Source: Ostrea edulis (lineage: Eukaryota). Taken from it: DNA of 64,000 nucleotides. Where the stretch lies: the NCBI RefSeq assembly GCF_947568905.1, contig NC_079168.1:19778001-19842000 (forward strand), written 5' to 3'. The notes under the pieces were generated by a model. It did no database searches, was not told where the DNA came from, and saw nothing but the letters and a program-made list of their open reading frames with translations. The position numbers and the translations under genes are program-made. Positions 10,901 to 21,700 of this stretch are shown piece after piece; within the stretch, counting starts at the first letter, position 1, and every line of letters begins with the position of its first letter.

Positions 10901-13900
10901 ACTTTAATGATTTTCATGCTGTGTTTTAGGGTTCAGAGAGAGTTATCTTGCACATAAATGAACTGTTCCCAGAGATGGAACTTCTAAGTCTGAGTGGTAA
11001 TTACTGCACAGACAAAAAACCTGCTGCAGTCAACTGGTAAGTTTTTGGTAGTGGTAATATTTCAATAATTAGTACACTTGTTAAACTGATCAGTCGAAGT
11101 TGTGCTTGCAGAACATGAACTATGGCAACATGTGTAAGTGCATGCATGGATATCTCACGTGGAGATTTTTTAAGAAATGAATTTTATTTTTGAAAATGCG
11201 TTGGCACTTCATGAAGTTTTCGTGAAGTGTTGCAGTGCATTCCCTCATGCATTTTCAAATATGAAATTTATTTTATGCCCCCATAATCAGAGATTCAGGG
11301 GCATATAATTTTTTATCTCTCTGTCTGTGTGTTTGTCCACAAAACCTTTAGCCCTGACCATGACTTTAAAATGGATGGTGATAGGGCTTTCATATTTCAC
11401 ATGTGTATTTTTTTTGGCAAGACCTATCTTTAGGTAGCAAAAATTTTGACCTCACGACATTTGCCTTGGGGTTTGACTTGCTTATGAAAAACTATAACCT
11501 TGGCCACAACTTTTGAATGTTTAGTGCAAGGGCATTCATATTTCATATGTGTATTCCATGTGACAAAACCTTTCTTTGGGTTCTAAATTTTTTTTGGTTT
11601 CATCTCCTTCACCTCGGGGTTTGAACTATTTTCAAAAAACTTCAACTTTGCTGGCATCAGTGTTTCCCAAACACATCTTGTTTATATTTACATTCTACTG
11701 TCATTTTTGTCAAAAAAATTCCCAGCCATTAATATAGATATACTATATTTAGCAACATTCATACACACATTGTTCACAACTGCTTCTCATTCATGAGGAA
11801 ATAGCTATCATTACAATTGGTAAAGATATTGAATGCAAAAACATTGGAAATATACATATTCTACATTGCTCTGCCCTTGTTTTGGAGATAGAAGAAGTGT
11901 TTGCACTTTCTGAAAAGATAATTTTGGATATGGGACATGTTCCGGGTTTTACATTGGAAACAATAATGTAGGGATAATATTCTTTGTAGGATTGAAGGAA
12001 GAGGAAAGTCTGTCGTGTGTGATGCTGTCATTCCAAGTAAAGTGGTGAAGAATGTTCTCAAGACTAATGTCTCTGCCTTGGTAGATCTAAATGTAAACAA
12101 GAATTTAATTGGTTCAGCCATGGCAGGAAGCATAGGAGGATTTAATGCTCATGCTGCAAATGTTGTGTCAGCGATATTTATAGCCACTGGACAGGTACAT
12201 TTTTTTTTTTTAGAATGAAATGAAATTTACAATAAAAAAATAATAGATAAATGATATTTGTTACTTGCTTTGTGATATAATTACGAAGTATAAAATTTTC
12301 AAGAGAAAAGAATAATTATTTGCAAATGTGTATTTTTACAGGAATAAATTGATTTCAGCTTTTGATGTATGATTTACTGACATGTTAGTGATGTTGCAGG
12401 ACCCCGCCCAGTGTGTGGCCAGCAGTAACTGTATAACTCTGATGGAGGCCACGGGACCCACCCAGGAAGATCTGTACATCAGCTGTACCATGCCGTGTAT
12501 AGAGGTGGGGACAGTAGGAGGGGGGACTATTCTAACAGCACAACAAGCCTGTCTTAAGGTAAGCATTTCAAGAAAACTAATGAAGTTGCAAAGTGTATGT
12601 GGTAATACATGTACATGTATTATCATTAATTTGCATGCTTTTGTGTATCTGGAATAATATTTTGGACACCATAATTTTCTGAGGTCAATGTCAAAAATCC
12701 ACTTCATAATTGGTAAGTTAATGTTAGTGTGGTACATACTGAATCCTCTCATTCTTATGATTGCTAAAATAATGAGTGGCAAGAGGAACTGCAGGTTGAT
12801 TTCCAGGTTCAAGGGTCATGGTCGCATTGATCAAGTTATGTTTGGAAATCAGATTATTAACTGTGTTGTGGATAAGATACAAATTGGTACATTAATATAT
12901 GTTCTATATTTATTTATCATTTTCGTGACTTTAGCCTATGAATTAATCAACTTTGAACAGCGGTTTATTAGCTTTATGATGTATATTTGAGTGCCCTATT
13001 TTGTAGCTTTAGAACACAGGTTGAACAGTTTTATGATGGTATATTTGAGTGCCTTATTTTGTAACTTTATTAGTAAATACTGTAGTTATGACCATGTGTA
13101 AGGGATGCTCCATTGTTCAGTGTGGTTGTGATGTTGACTGTATTTTGAATATTGTTTAGATGCTTGGAATACAAGGACCAAATAGTGAGAATCCAGGAGA
13201 CAATGCTAAACAGTTGGCGAGGGTTGTGTGTGGGGCTGTTCTGGCTGCAGAGCTTTCTCTTATGGGGGCTCTGGCAGCAGGTCATCTAGTCAGGAGTCAT
13301 CTTAAATACAACAGGTATATATATGTACATGTAGAATGAATGGTATCCTGAAATCTAGAACTTCACATTGAAATCAATGATAATTGAAAGAGAATTTAAT
13401 TGCGTTAAGACTTGGTAGTACTGGATGTTTTATTTGGCATTCCCAGAAATTTATTGTCACGTTGTAACTTTTTCACATTATTCAAATACATAATGATATC
13501 ATAGAACACCTGAATGACTTGTCGACTGAAAATTCTAAGTATTACAATATGTATATCATACATGTACATGTTGAACTCAAAAGTTAGAAATCCACTATGA
13601 CATAAAGCACCTCTTTGATCACTGGAGTTGTGTCCCCTTTACAGATTCTCTATTTAACACTGTCAATGATTAATGAGTTGTGTCCCCTTTACAGATTCTC
13701 TATTTAACACTGTCAATGATTAATGAGTTGTGTCCCCTTTACAGATTCTTTATTTAACACTGTCAATGAGTAATGAGTTGTGTCCCCTTTACAGATTCTT
13801 GATTTAATACTCTATAGGTGATTAAAGATGTTTCCATGTTTTGTTCAAAATGATTCATAGTCATTATATGTTATATTCACAGGTCAAGTATGTACCTTGC

Positions 13901-14021
13901 ATCTAACAGATCAAGCATAGATAGTGCCCAGTCCCAGTCTCTGCTGCTACCCCAACATGGTAGCTCTACAAACAGTCTGCCCATCCCGTCAGTCAACACA
14001 GCTAAATGTAAACACAGTTGA
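4774..14021 (+). CDS. HMGCR: 3-hydroxy-3-methylglutaryl-CoA reductase (class I), complete, 20 coding exons, 889 aa
   Basis: All introns GT-AG and phase-consistent; exons sum to 2670 nt ending in TGA at 14019-14021. N-terminal sterol-sensing membrane domain ([26 protein letters not shown]); catalytic motifs [45 protein letters not shown]. Confidence 0.97.
5063..5174 (+). CDS. HMGCR: HMGCR coding exon 2
   Basis: [37 protein letters not shown]; 112 nt; CCAG/GTATGT. Confidence 0.92.
5362..5480. mobile_element. ~120-bp MITE, same family as 8861-8989
   Basis: GGCTTGGATTTCTT...AGAAATGCAGGCT imperfect terminal inverted repeats; shared core AGCAGTCAAAATTTGAGT. Confidence 0.6.
5631..5718 (+). CDS. 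HMGCR: HMGCR coding exon 3
   Basis: [29 protein letters not shown]; 88 nt. Confidence 0.93.
5916..6106 (+). CDS. HMGCR: HMGCR coding exon 4
   Basis: [14 protein letters not shown]...LVIGVGTLS; 191 nt. Confidence 0.95.
6322..6428 (+). CDS. HMGCR: HMGCR coding exon 5
   Basis: [35 protein letters not shown]; 107 nt. Confidence 0.95.
6666..6788 (+). CDS. HMGCR: HMGCR coding exon 6
   Basis: VVRKRG...[19 protein letters not shown]; 123 nt. Confidence 0.92.
7046..7176 (+). CDS. HMGCR: HMGCR coding exon 7
   Basis: [13 protein letters not shown]...VSLWYFYIQ; 131 nt. Confidence 0.92.
7352..7530 (+). CDS. HMGCR: HMGCR coding exon 8
   Basis: [25 protein letters not shown]...; last TM helix and linker; donor GTAAGT. 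Confidence 0.88.
7879..8075 (+). CDS. HMGCR: HMGCR coding exon 9
   Basis: Acidic linker [11 protein letters not shown]...[14 protein letters not shown]. Confidence 0.9.
8242..8357 (+). CDS. HMGCR: HMGCR coding exon 10
   Basis: [26 protein letters not shown]...RGVKI. Confidence 0.93.
8506..8587 (+). CDS. HMGCR: HMGCR coding exon 11
   Basis: [27 protein letters not shown]. Confidence 0.9.
8861..8989. mobile_element. ~130-bp MITE
   Basis: TIRs GGCTTGGATTTCTTGAAA / TTTCAAGAAATCCAGGCC. Confidence 0.65.
9267..9425 (+). CDS. HMGCR: HMGCR coding exon 12
   Basis: [18 protein letters not shown]...[20 protein letters not shown]; carries the catalytic Glu. Confidence 0.97.
9593..9836. mobile_element. 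MITE (~245 bp)
   Basis: TIRs CCAGGCCTGGAGGTTATAAAACTTTT / AAAAGTTTTATATCCTCCAGTCCTGG. Confidence 0.7.
10040..10125 (+). CDS. HMGCR: HMGCR coding exon 13
   Basis: [28 protein letters not shown]. Confidence 0.93.
10215..10280 (+). CDS. HMGCR: HMGCR coding exon 14
   Basis: [22 protein letters not shown]. Confidence 0.92.
10470..10575 (+). CDS. HMGCR: HMGCR coding exon 15
   Basis: [35 protein letters not shown]; 106 nt. Confidence 0.96.
10661..10947 (+). repeat. 49-bp minisatellite (~6 copies) spanning the HMGCR exon-16 3' splice site
   Basis: Unit AATGATATTCATGCTGTGTTTTAG|GGCTCRGAGAGAGYTATCRTACTKW starting at 10661, 10710, 10759, 10808, 10857, 10906. Confidence 0.97.
10930..11036 (+). CDS. 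HMGCR: HMGCR coding exon 16
   Basis: [36 protein letters not shown]; only the last of six tandem acceptors keeps the frame open. Confidence 0.93.
11271..11683 (+). mobile_element. HINE/DINE-like non-autonomous element
   Basis: 5' TTTTATGCCCCC...GGGGCATA hairpin, (TC/TG) microsatellite, two internal repeats (GGGCTTTCATATTTCACATGTGTATT-like), 3' GGCATCAGTGTTTCCCAAACACATCTTGTT. Confidence 0.7.
11990..12194 (+). CDS. HMGCR: HMGCR coding exon 17
   Basis: [15 protein letters not shown]...[23 protein letters not shown]. Confidence 0.97.
12400..12558 (+). CDS. HMGCR: HMGCR coding exon 18
   Basis: [16 protein letters not shown]...[19 protein letters not shown]. Confidence 0.97.
13160..13314 (+). 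CDS. HMGCR: HMGCR coding exon 19
   Basis: [21 protein letters not shown]...[13 protein letters not shown]; carries the catalytic His. Confidence 0.96.
13625..13810 (+). repeat. 50-bp minisatellite (~3.7 copies) in the last HMGCR intron
   Basis: Unit GAGTTGTGTCCCCTTTACAGATTCTCTATTTAACACTGTCAATGATTAAT at 13625, 13675, 13725, 13775. Confidence 0.95.
13883..14021 (+). CDS. HMGCR: HMGCR terminal coding exon 20
   Basis: Acceptor TTCACAG; completes the NRS motif; [14 protein letters not shown]...KCKHS*. Confidence 0.8.
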
Positions 14022-14930
14022 TGAAGGTTTTAGTTAGGTTTTAAAGGATGTGTGCCAAAGAATTGTCATAACAGGAGAGTCCATTACTGTGAATGAACAT
14101 TTAACACTGGTCAGTATTGATGATGAGTGGCCATGTGCTTGACAATCCCAAGGTGTCCATGAGTTTACAGGATTAAAGCACTTTTGTGCTACACATCTAA
14201 TATTATTCTTGGTGTATCCACAAGTAAATCTCAATTCCTTGAGAAAGTGAACTCACTGAGAAGAGACATGGCATGTTGAGGATTTTAAGCATTTACATCT
14301 ACCTTCAGCGTTAATTCACTGAGAAGAGACAAGGCATGTTGAGGATTTGAAGCGTTTATATTTACCCTCAGCATTAACAGAAAGGGATGTTTTAGTGTGT
14401 ATAGCTATTAAAGGTGCTGATTTTTTATACATTTTAGGTACTCTATTCATGTAATGTATGTACTTGCACTGCCTAGCAGTTGATTACATATTTTGTGTGA
14501 GATGAAGCTTTCATATTGGGCAGTCTTTAGTACAATGTATTGTAAAGGCATTACTTTAGCATTAAACATTTTAGAATTACTTTATTCTCTCTTTTGGGTG
14601 CATAGACACAAGCTATGAAAGATTTGACTTTATCTTTTACAGTGGTTTAATAGGTAATACATATCTGTATTGTAAAAGCACAGTACCTACTACATGTACA
14701 ATGAATACAATAGTTTGACAGTTTAAAGTACAAAATTATAATATCAGTTTGATAGGTACAATTCATCTATTGTGGTGAGAGAAAAAATAACCACCATGTC
14801 AAAATAGGTCAAACTTCTGCCTATACCAATGTGGGTGCATATTAGGGTAAATATGGTATCATTTATAATTTATGTTGCAATTGTTTTAATACCAAATATA
14901 TATAATTTACATTTGTATGTACAGTTTGCT

Positions 14931-14936
14931 AATAAA
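14931..14936 (+). terminator. Probable HMGCR polyadenylation signal
   Basis: AATAAA about 910 nt after the stop, followed by T/GT-rich sequence. Confidence 0.5.
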
Positions 14937-15153
14937 ATTTTATGTGCATCAATTCATGCTTTGGCAATTGTAATATAGATCATTCATTGAAGACAGAAAA
15001 CACAAACAGCAGTACTGGTGTTGAATTCTCTGCACAGGAAGCTGTCAGAATTCACAACAGTGATGTCATGAAATGGTTACCTTGAACTTAACTTGGTATT
15101 GTGAGTTTTCAGTTGAAGGAATGATCTTGCAGTTAAATCTGTCACTGTAAATA

Positions 15154-15320
15154 CAGTCAAACCTCATTATCTCAAACTCAATGGGACCAAGAAAAAAAAG
15201 ATATCCAAGGATTCAAAATATCGGGGTAATATACTTTTTAAAAATAAGTGGTTAGGACTTTAATATATATAATAATATGGTATTCGAGATATCGGTGTTC
15301 AAGTTACCGAAGTTCAACTG
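15154..15320. mobile_element. Tc1/mariner-type MITE remnant
   Basis: TA|CAGTCAAACCTC...GAAGTTCAACTG|TA; TA target duplication. Confidence 0.6.
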
Positions 15321-15470
15321 TACATACTAGTTCACTTCAAACAAAAATATATCTGAGGCTCTGGGACTAGAATGATCTTGTAAATGACCTATTCTTTGGA
15401 TCATATGAACATTGTATTTTTCATGTTCTATAAAGGAAATTAAGCAAGTAAAATGTATATTTTTAAACTT

Positions 15471-15476
15471 TTTATT
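15471..15476 (-). terminator. Possible CFAP161 polyadenylation signal
   Basis: AATAAA on - strand about 450 nt past the CFAP161 stop. Confidence 0.35.
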
Positions 15477-15925
15477 ATATATGTATACATATACTTATTT
15501 ACAAATTCTTAAATATTATATTACTGCACAGAAAGAATAAAAAGGCAGTTTGTTGACAAGAAGTACATAAATCAAGTTCAAAGTGTGTTTGCATGATTAG
15601 TCATAACTGCAATAACCAAAAAAAAAAAGCATTTTTCATAATTTCCTAAAATGCCCATTTTGCATAATTCAATTCTGCAACCAAAAGTAAGATATTAACC
15701 TTGTTAAATTTGGTGTATGAGGTTGGCCTCCTTCAAAAATACAACACCCATACTCAAAGGATGAAGAACAAACAAAAATATCACAAGAGTTGTTTATAAA
15801 AACTGCAGTATGCCAAAATAATTTTAAAAAATGCAGGTGCCAAGTCATAAAATCCTTTGATGGCACCTGAATTTGGCTGTATGTATTTCTTGGAGACTGG
15901 TTACTATATATAGGTGTGACGTTCT

Positions 15926-16061
15926 TTAACTTGCGACGGGGTAAACGTCGTCACCAGGTACACCCATCATAATCACAAAGTAGTTGACGTCTTTTTCTGC
16001 TCGATGGGAATCTAAATATGTGTGACATGACACTTCGTATTCCTGGGATCCAAATGGTGTT
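15926..16061 (-). CDS. CFAP161: CFAP161 coding exon 7
   Basis: TPFGSQEYEVSCHTYLDSHRAEKDVNYFVIMMGVPGDDVYPVAS*. Confidence 0.92.
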
Positions 16062-16911
16062 CTGTAAGTCGGAAACAAGAAATTTAGTAGACATAATGTA
16101 CTACACATGATTTGTACATTTACGGGTAACTGTAGGACTGATGGTGTAGATGCACAATTTCATACTGTAGGTACTTCTGGTGGAATGCTTTTACTCATTC
16201 AACTTACGATATACAGTCTGCTATTATCTAACCTGATAACGAAATTCTCTTCCACAGCCAAATCATTGTTGGTGTATTTGTGGTTAATTAGGACAATACC
16301 ATTGGCCTGAAAAAAATAAAGAACAAAACATTGGATGCTATCGTACATAACTGCCATAGAGTTTATGGTATTCATTGCTTTTGCAGCTGACATACGTCAT
16401 TGAAATATTCAACAAAGTAACAAAAATATTGTATATTTGTATGTTAAATGACATGTCACATTCTAACATAATTCTTGAGCACTGTAGTACATGACTTACA
16501 TGTAACAAAACTTTACTTGAAGCAGTTTTAATCAAAACCTTCAATCCTCTAAAGAGTTCCCAGTTTGTAGCAGACGAACATAAATTACTTACTGGGACAG
16601 GGATGCCTTCGTACTCCATCCTCATTTGTGGGTTGTAGTGTAAAATTCTCCATTCTGTCATAAAAGATGGCTCGCTGACAAATGTTACCTCCTGTTTCCG
16701 TGATTTGGCAGCGGCCTTCTCCAGAGTCGCACGGCAGCTCGACAAATACAGCTGTAAGGGATCAGAGACAAGCTTATGTAAACCTTTGTTAAAATTAAAT
16801 CAAAATTTATAGAAAAGATTATTGAAATCAAAAACATGTTTTAATATGGGGAAAATTTACATAAATATGTTTGCTTATATAATTTTTGTCAAAGTCTGTT
16901 TGAACAATACT

Positions 16912-16951
<40 letters not shown>

Positions 16952-18712
16952 GCGTGTTTATGTTTTAAACCCAACATGGCAGGTGTGACCAGAAAATCAA
17001 TAGGGGGTCATACACGTTGTAAATATGTGCATTAAGTGTGTAATTATAACAAATGAATGCCCTTCAGTCAAAGATTTTTGGTGCCAAGATTAATGATATT
17101 CACCAAATTGTTCAAAAGGAATCGACGGCGAGTTTTCTTCTTCTTAATTTATAAATGAAGACAAAAATGAAATTATATCACTAGATTTATTTGGATGCAA
17201 AATTAACAAGAGCAGAAAAAATTGAAAATTTATCTACATTTACAAACATGTAGGTCAAAATTGTTTTTGTAAAGTGATCTGATGGAACAGGTGAGCCTTT
17301 GAGTTTACAAGTGTATATAAATAGTGGTGATCAGTCCACAGGCTTACAACTGAAAAAATATTTGTTTTTTTAATTTTTTGGAAGTTTACCCAGTATATTT
17401 GAATGAAAAATGGAGATCAACAAAATTCAGTACATAGATGCTTTGAATAGAAATGATAATCATAAACAAGAAATTGTTTTGAAAATAAAAAATGAGCATA
17501 AATGGATTTAAGTGTATTATCCTTAAGTTTGTATCTTAACATAGAGGGTACCTTGGACATCAATATTTTTAATCAAGTGGTTGTGCATGAGCTTACAAGT
17601 ATTCCAGTAAAAATTACGTGGGTGGGGTATATTGCTGGGGTTTTTTTTTCTGTGGGTGGGGTTTTGTTTATATTTTTGTTGTAGAGTTATCAAGTCCTGA
17701 TGTTTTTAATAAGAATATTTTAAACATTTTTTCCTATATATTCCCATGTAAAATTTCTTAAACACTCCTCCTTATATATTCCCATGTAAAAAAAAAAAAA
17801 TCGATCTTCTATGTGGCCCCAACCTTCGCCAGGGGACCATGAATTCCACAAATTTTAATCTGCACTACTTGATAATGCTTTTACATTAAAATGACTAATC
17901 ATTACTATGCTCTTCTTGAGATAAAGATTTTTGAACATATATTTTTTTAAATATTTCAATGTCAAACTTTGAACCCCTATTGTGGCCCCTCCCTACCCCC
18001 TGGGGGCATGACTTGAACAAACTTGAATTTACACTACCTGAAGATGCTTCCATATAAATATGATTAATCACAGCTTTGCTATTCTTGAGAAGAAGATTTT
18101 TAAAGATTTTCCCTATATATTTGTGTGTAAAACTTTGATCCCCCCTTGGGGCCCCATCTTATCCCTGGGGGCCATGATTTGAACAAACTTGAATCTGCAC
18201 TATGTCAGAAAGTTTTCATGTAAAAATCAGCTCTTCTGGCTCAGTGGTTCTTGAGAAGAAGATTTTTAAAGATTTTTCCTATATATTTGTATGTAAAACT
18301 TTGATCCCCTATTGTGGCCCCATTCAACCCCAGGGACCCATGATTTGAACAAACTTGAATCTACATTATGTCAGGAAGCTTTCTTGTAAATCTCAGCTTT
18401 TCTGGCTTAGTGGTTCTTGAGAAGAAGATTTTAAAAGTTTTTCCCTATATATTTGTGTGCAAAACTTTGATCCCCCCTTGGGGCCCCACCCTATCCCCGG
18501 GGGCCATGATTTGAACAAACTTGAATCTGCAATATGTCAGGAAGCTTTCAGGTAAATTTCAGCTCTTCTGGCCCAGTGGTTCTTGAGAAGAAGATTTTTA
18601 AATGACCCCCACCCTATTTTTGCATTTTTGTGATTATCTCCCCTTTGAAAGGGACATGGCCCTTCATTTGAACAAACTTGAAAGCCCTTCACCCAAGGAT
18701 GCTTTTGGCCAT

Positions 18713-18750
<38 letters not shown>

Positions 18751-18752
18751 TC

Positions 18753-18783
<31 letters not shown>

Positions 18784-21700
18784 AGACAGATGGACGCCGG
18801 ACAAAATGTGATCAGAATAGCTCACTTGAACCTTCGGTTCAGGTGAGCTAATAATATATTTTGGTTATACGATAATGATTTCAAAATGTTAAACTAACAG
18901 CATCCCGACCATGACAATCACTTTCACATTGTTTATTATTTTACATCCATTTGAGTATTTTTCACTCATGTAGAGACATCACCAACTTCATGTGAAGTGT
19001 CACAAATTGACATGCAAGGCGCAGAAGTGAAAGTTCTTTATAAATGTGCCACAAAACAAGAACTGTTTTTAAGGTCTCATCTGAAAAACCCTTAACTCTC
19101 ACTTCTAATTAAGTTGTAAGTGCCAAGCATTAGGTGAGGGAGCAATCACTGCCAATATGTTTACGTCTTGGGTTTGCTGCAGCGATGGAACAAGTGGGAC
19201 TTAAAGCCTTGACCTCTATGTCTTGAGGCGAATGCTCAATATTCTAACCACTGAGCCACATATCAGTTACAATACTGGAATGCATTCCTAGACATATCAC
19301 AGTTGCAAGTTGGTCAATGCTGAGATCATGGATACAATGTACTAATATAATTGATGGTAGACATGTTCTAAAACTTTCATCCTTATCACACACATACCCA
19401 GAAAATAACTGATCTGGAAACATCTTCCATGAAAGATCTTCCAATCATTGTTAGACCTATTGAATGATTTTGATAACAAGGACCTGACCCCAAAATATGT
19501 ACCAGTATCTGGTTAAGCTACTGAGTAAGTATGCAAGTTTGGACCTGGTACCATTAATATTCTAGAAGTGCCTTGGGACAATAATGTGCTGGAGACAATA
19601 AAATAAGCCCCCTTCGTCCCTTCACATCATTGAGGTTACTGAGGGGACATTACACTTACATCTCCTCCCTCATTGTCTAGAGTACACAGATAAAACAGGT
19701 CGCCATATCTCAGTGGTTCTCCTTTCTGTTTGCTCCCATCAATACTGAAATAAAAATGAGTATTTATCATATAGACCTTAACAAAAATTTGCATTCTTAC
19801 AGATATATGGAAATGTCAAGTTCAATAATGAAATACATGTATACATAAATTGTATGTCATTCACAGTTAGTCTATAACTGCATGGACTCGTCATATTTTG
19901 AATAATCTTGAATAGTTTAGCCTTGAAAAATTTAAAGTAGACTTTGAACCATTATTGTAATCCTGACCAAATCCAGAAGACGGGTTTAGCAAAGTTGAAT
20001 TGAAAGTTGTCAATAAAATTATCACGTTTTAAAACCATAGCATTAAACCAACACATAAAACTGAGCATAAATGAGTTATAATCCTAATTAAAAACTCAAA
20101 CTATATTGTGGCCTTGTGGTATGGAGTTTGAATATAAACTTGTATTAAATGTGAGGTTTTTTTTATTTCTAAATTCCTTAGTAAAACCACACTTGCCCTA
20201 ACCTTAGGGGTCATAGTTTGAACAAAGATGATTTTATACCACGCTTTTACACATATGGATGCTTGAATGATGAAAATTATACACTTGTTGCTCTTGCAAA
20301 GTAGAATTTCAAGTAATTTTCCTGTGTATTCTTATCATGTAAAGCTTTGGCACCCTACTGTGGTCCAGTTCTCGGCTCTTGAGTCTTATTTCCACACTAC
20401 AGAAGGATGCTTGCATATTGTAAACTTTGACAATTGTGCCTTTGTTTTTTTCTTGAGAAGATTCCTGGTTATTTCCACCAAGATGCACAATAAAAACTTG
20501 ATATGGCCTCAGGTATTGGACTGATGCTGAAAATGACTCAAGATGATGTGGATTGAAAAATTGTTCCACTGATTCCAAAGAAAGTAACATGTGTCTTAAT
20601 TAGGTGTGTAAAGTTTTAACGAGTCTAAGGAACATTGCTGAATATGTGTATTCTAAATTTCCAACCTTACATTTTATATTGGGGCTCCTATTGTCACAAT
20701 GTTTTGGTCCCAATGAGGGGTCATAGTTTGAACAAGTTTGAAACTAATCAAAATGAAGACCTAGGGGCTTGCTTATGATAATTTGTAACCCTTATGATTC
20801 TTTCAGAGAATTTTTTCGAAGAATGAGCTGCTGGATATTTGTATGTAAAACTTAAATGTGTGAACAAACTAATCAATTTACATTATATGAGCCGATGCTT
20901 GACAAATTGTCAGTGACAAGGTCATGGCAGAAATCAGTTACATGATTGACAGCTCGATGATGTATACAAAATATTGTTTCGTCACTGCACACTCAGGAAG
21001 CTCTGTCTCCTCGTGTGCAATAACTCAACAATATTTTGTAAACATCATCTCATGTCATCATGTGACTATTACTTGAGTGTGATTGGCAACACAATTTCAG
21101 TGATATGTTGTAACTGTTTATGCTTTCATAAAGGTTTGCCTCTAACCTTTTTATTACAAAGGAGCTTCTGAGATTGGAACAGAGGTCCTTAGATGCAGAT
21201 ACTTGACAGGGCCCTTCAAGTTTTTGAGCTTCAAGAATTTTGTTAATAGCTGGTGTTACACAAAGCTGACAAGCATCTCGTGGGTCTTTGTTGGCCGTGT
21301 ACTTTGTACGATCTTTTGTTGCTGGACATCGCAAACTCACAATATCCCCAAAGTGAACACAACCGTCTCTTGATATACTAAGGTCCAGCTTTAACAAAAG
21401 AAAAGAAAATTTATTATAAGAATAAGAATGTTTCAAGTTATATGCATGGTTCAGATTTTTTGACAAACAGTGATACCCAATACATAAATCATGCTTACCT
21501 GCTTAAAAATAGTTTGTTCAAGTTTTGTTCTTTTCTGGCATAGGAGCTGTCCCTTTTCCCTCTTTTCTAAGAAATCTTTTAATGTGTCCTGTTAAGTTTA
21601 GAATATTAAGCACAATTACTTGTTCCGGAAATGAATTTTATCTTAATGATTACCTTCAAGTAACTCATATTTGTGCTGCTAAATTATGTATTTATATGCC

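Noticed and set aside
12400-12432. HMGCR as a pseudo-enzyme because of [11 protein letters not shown] (usually DxAQNVxSSNC)
   Set aside because: The catalytic Glu, Lys, Asp and His motifs are all intact and the frame is complete; this segment varies among invertebrates.
12336-12990. Antisense ORF 12336-12812 and ORF 12688-12990
   Set aside because: One is the shadow of HMGCR exon 18 and the other is low-complexity intron sequence; no recognisable domains.
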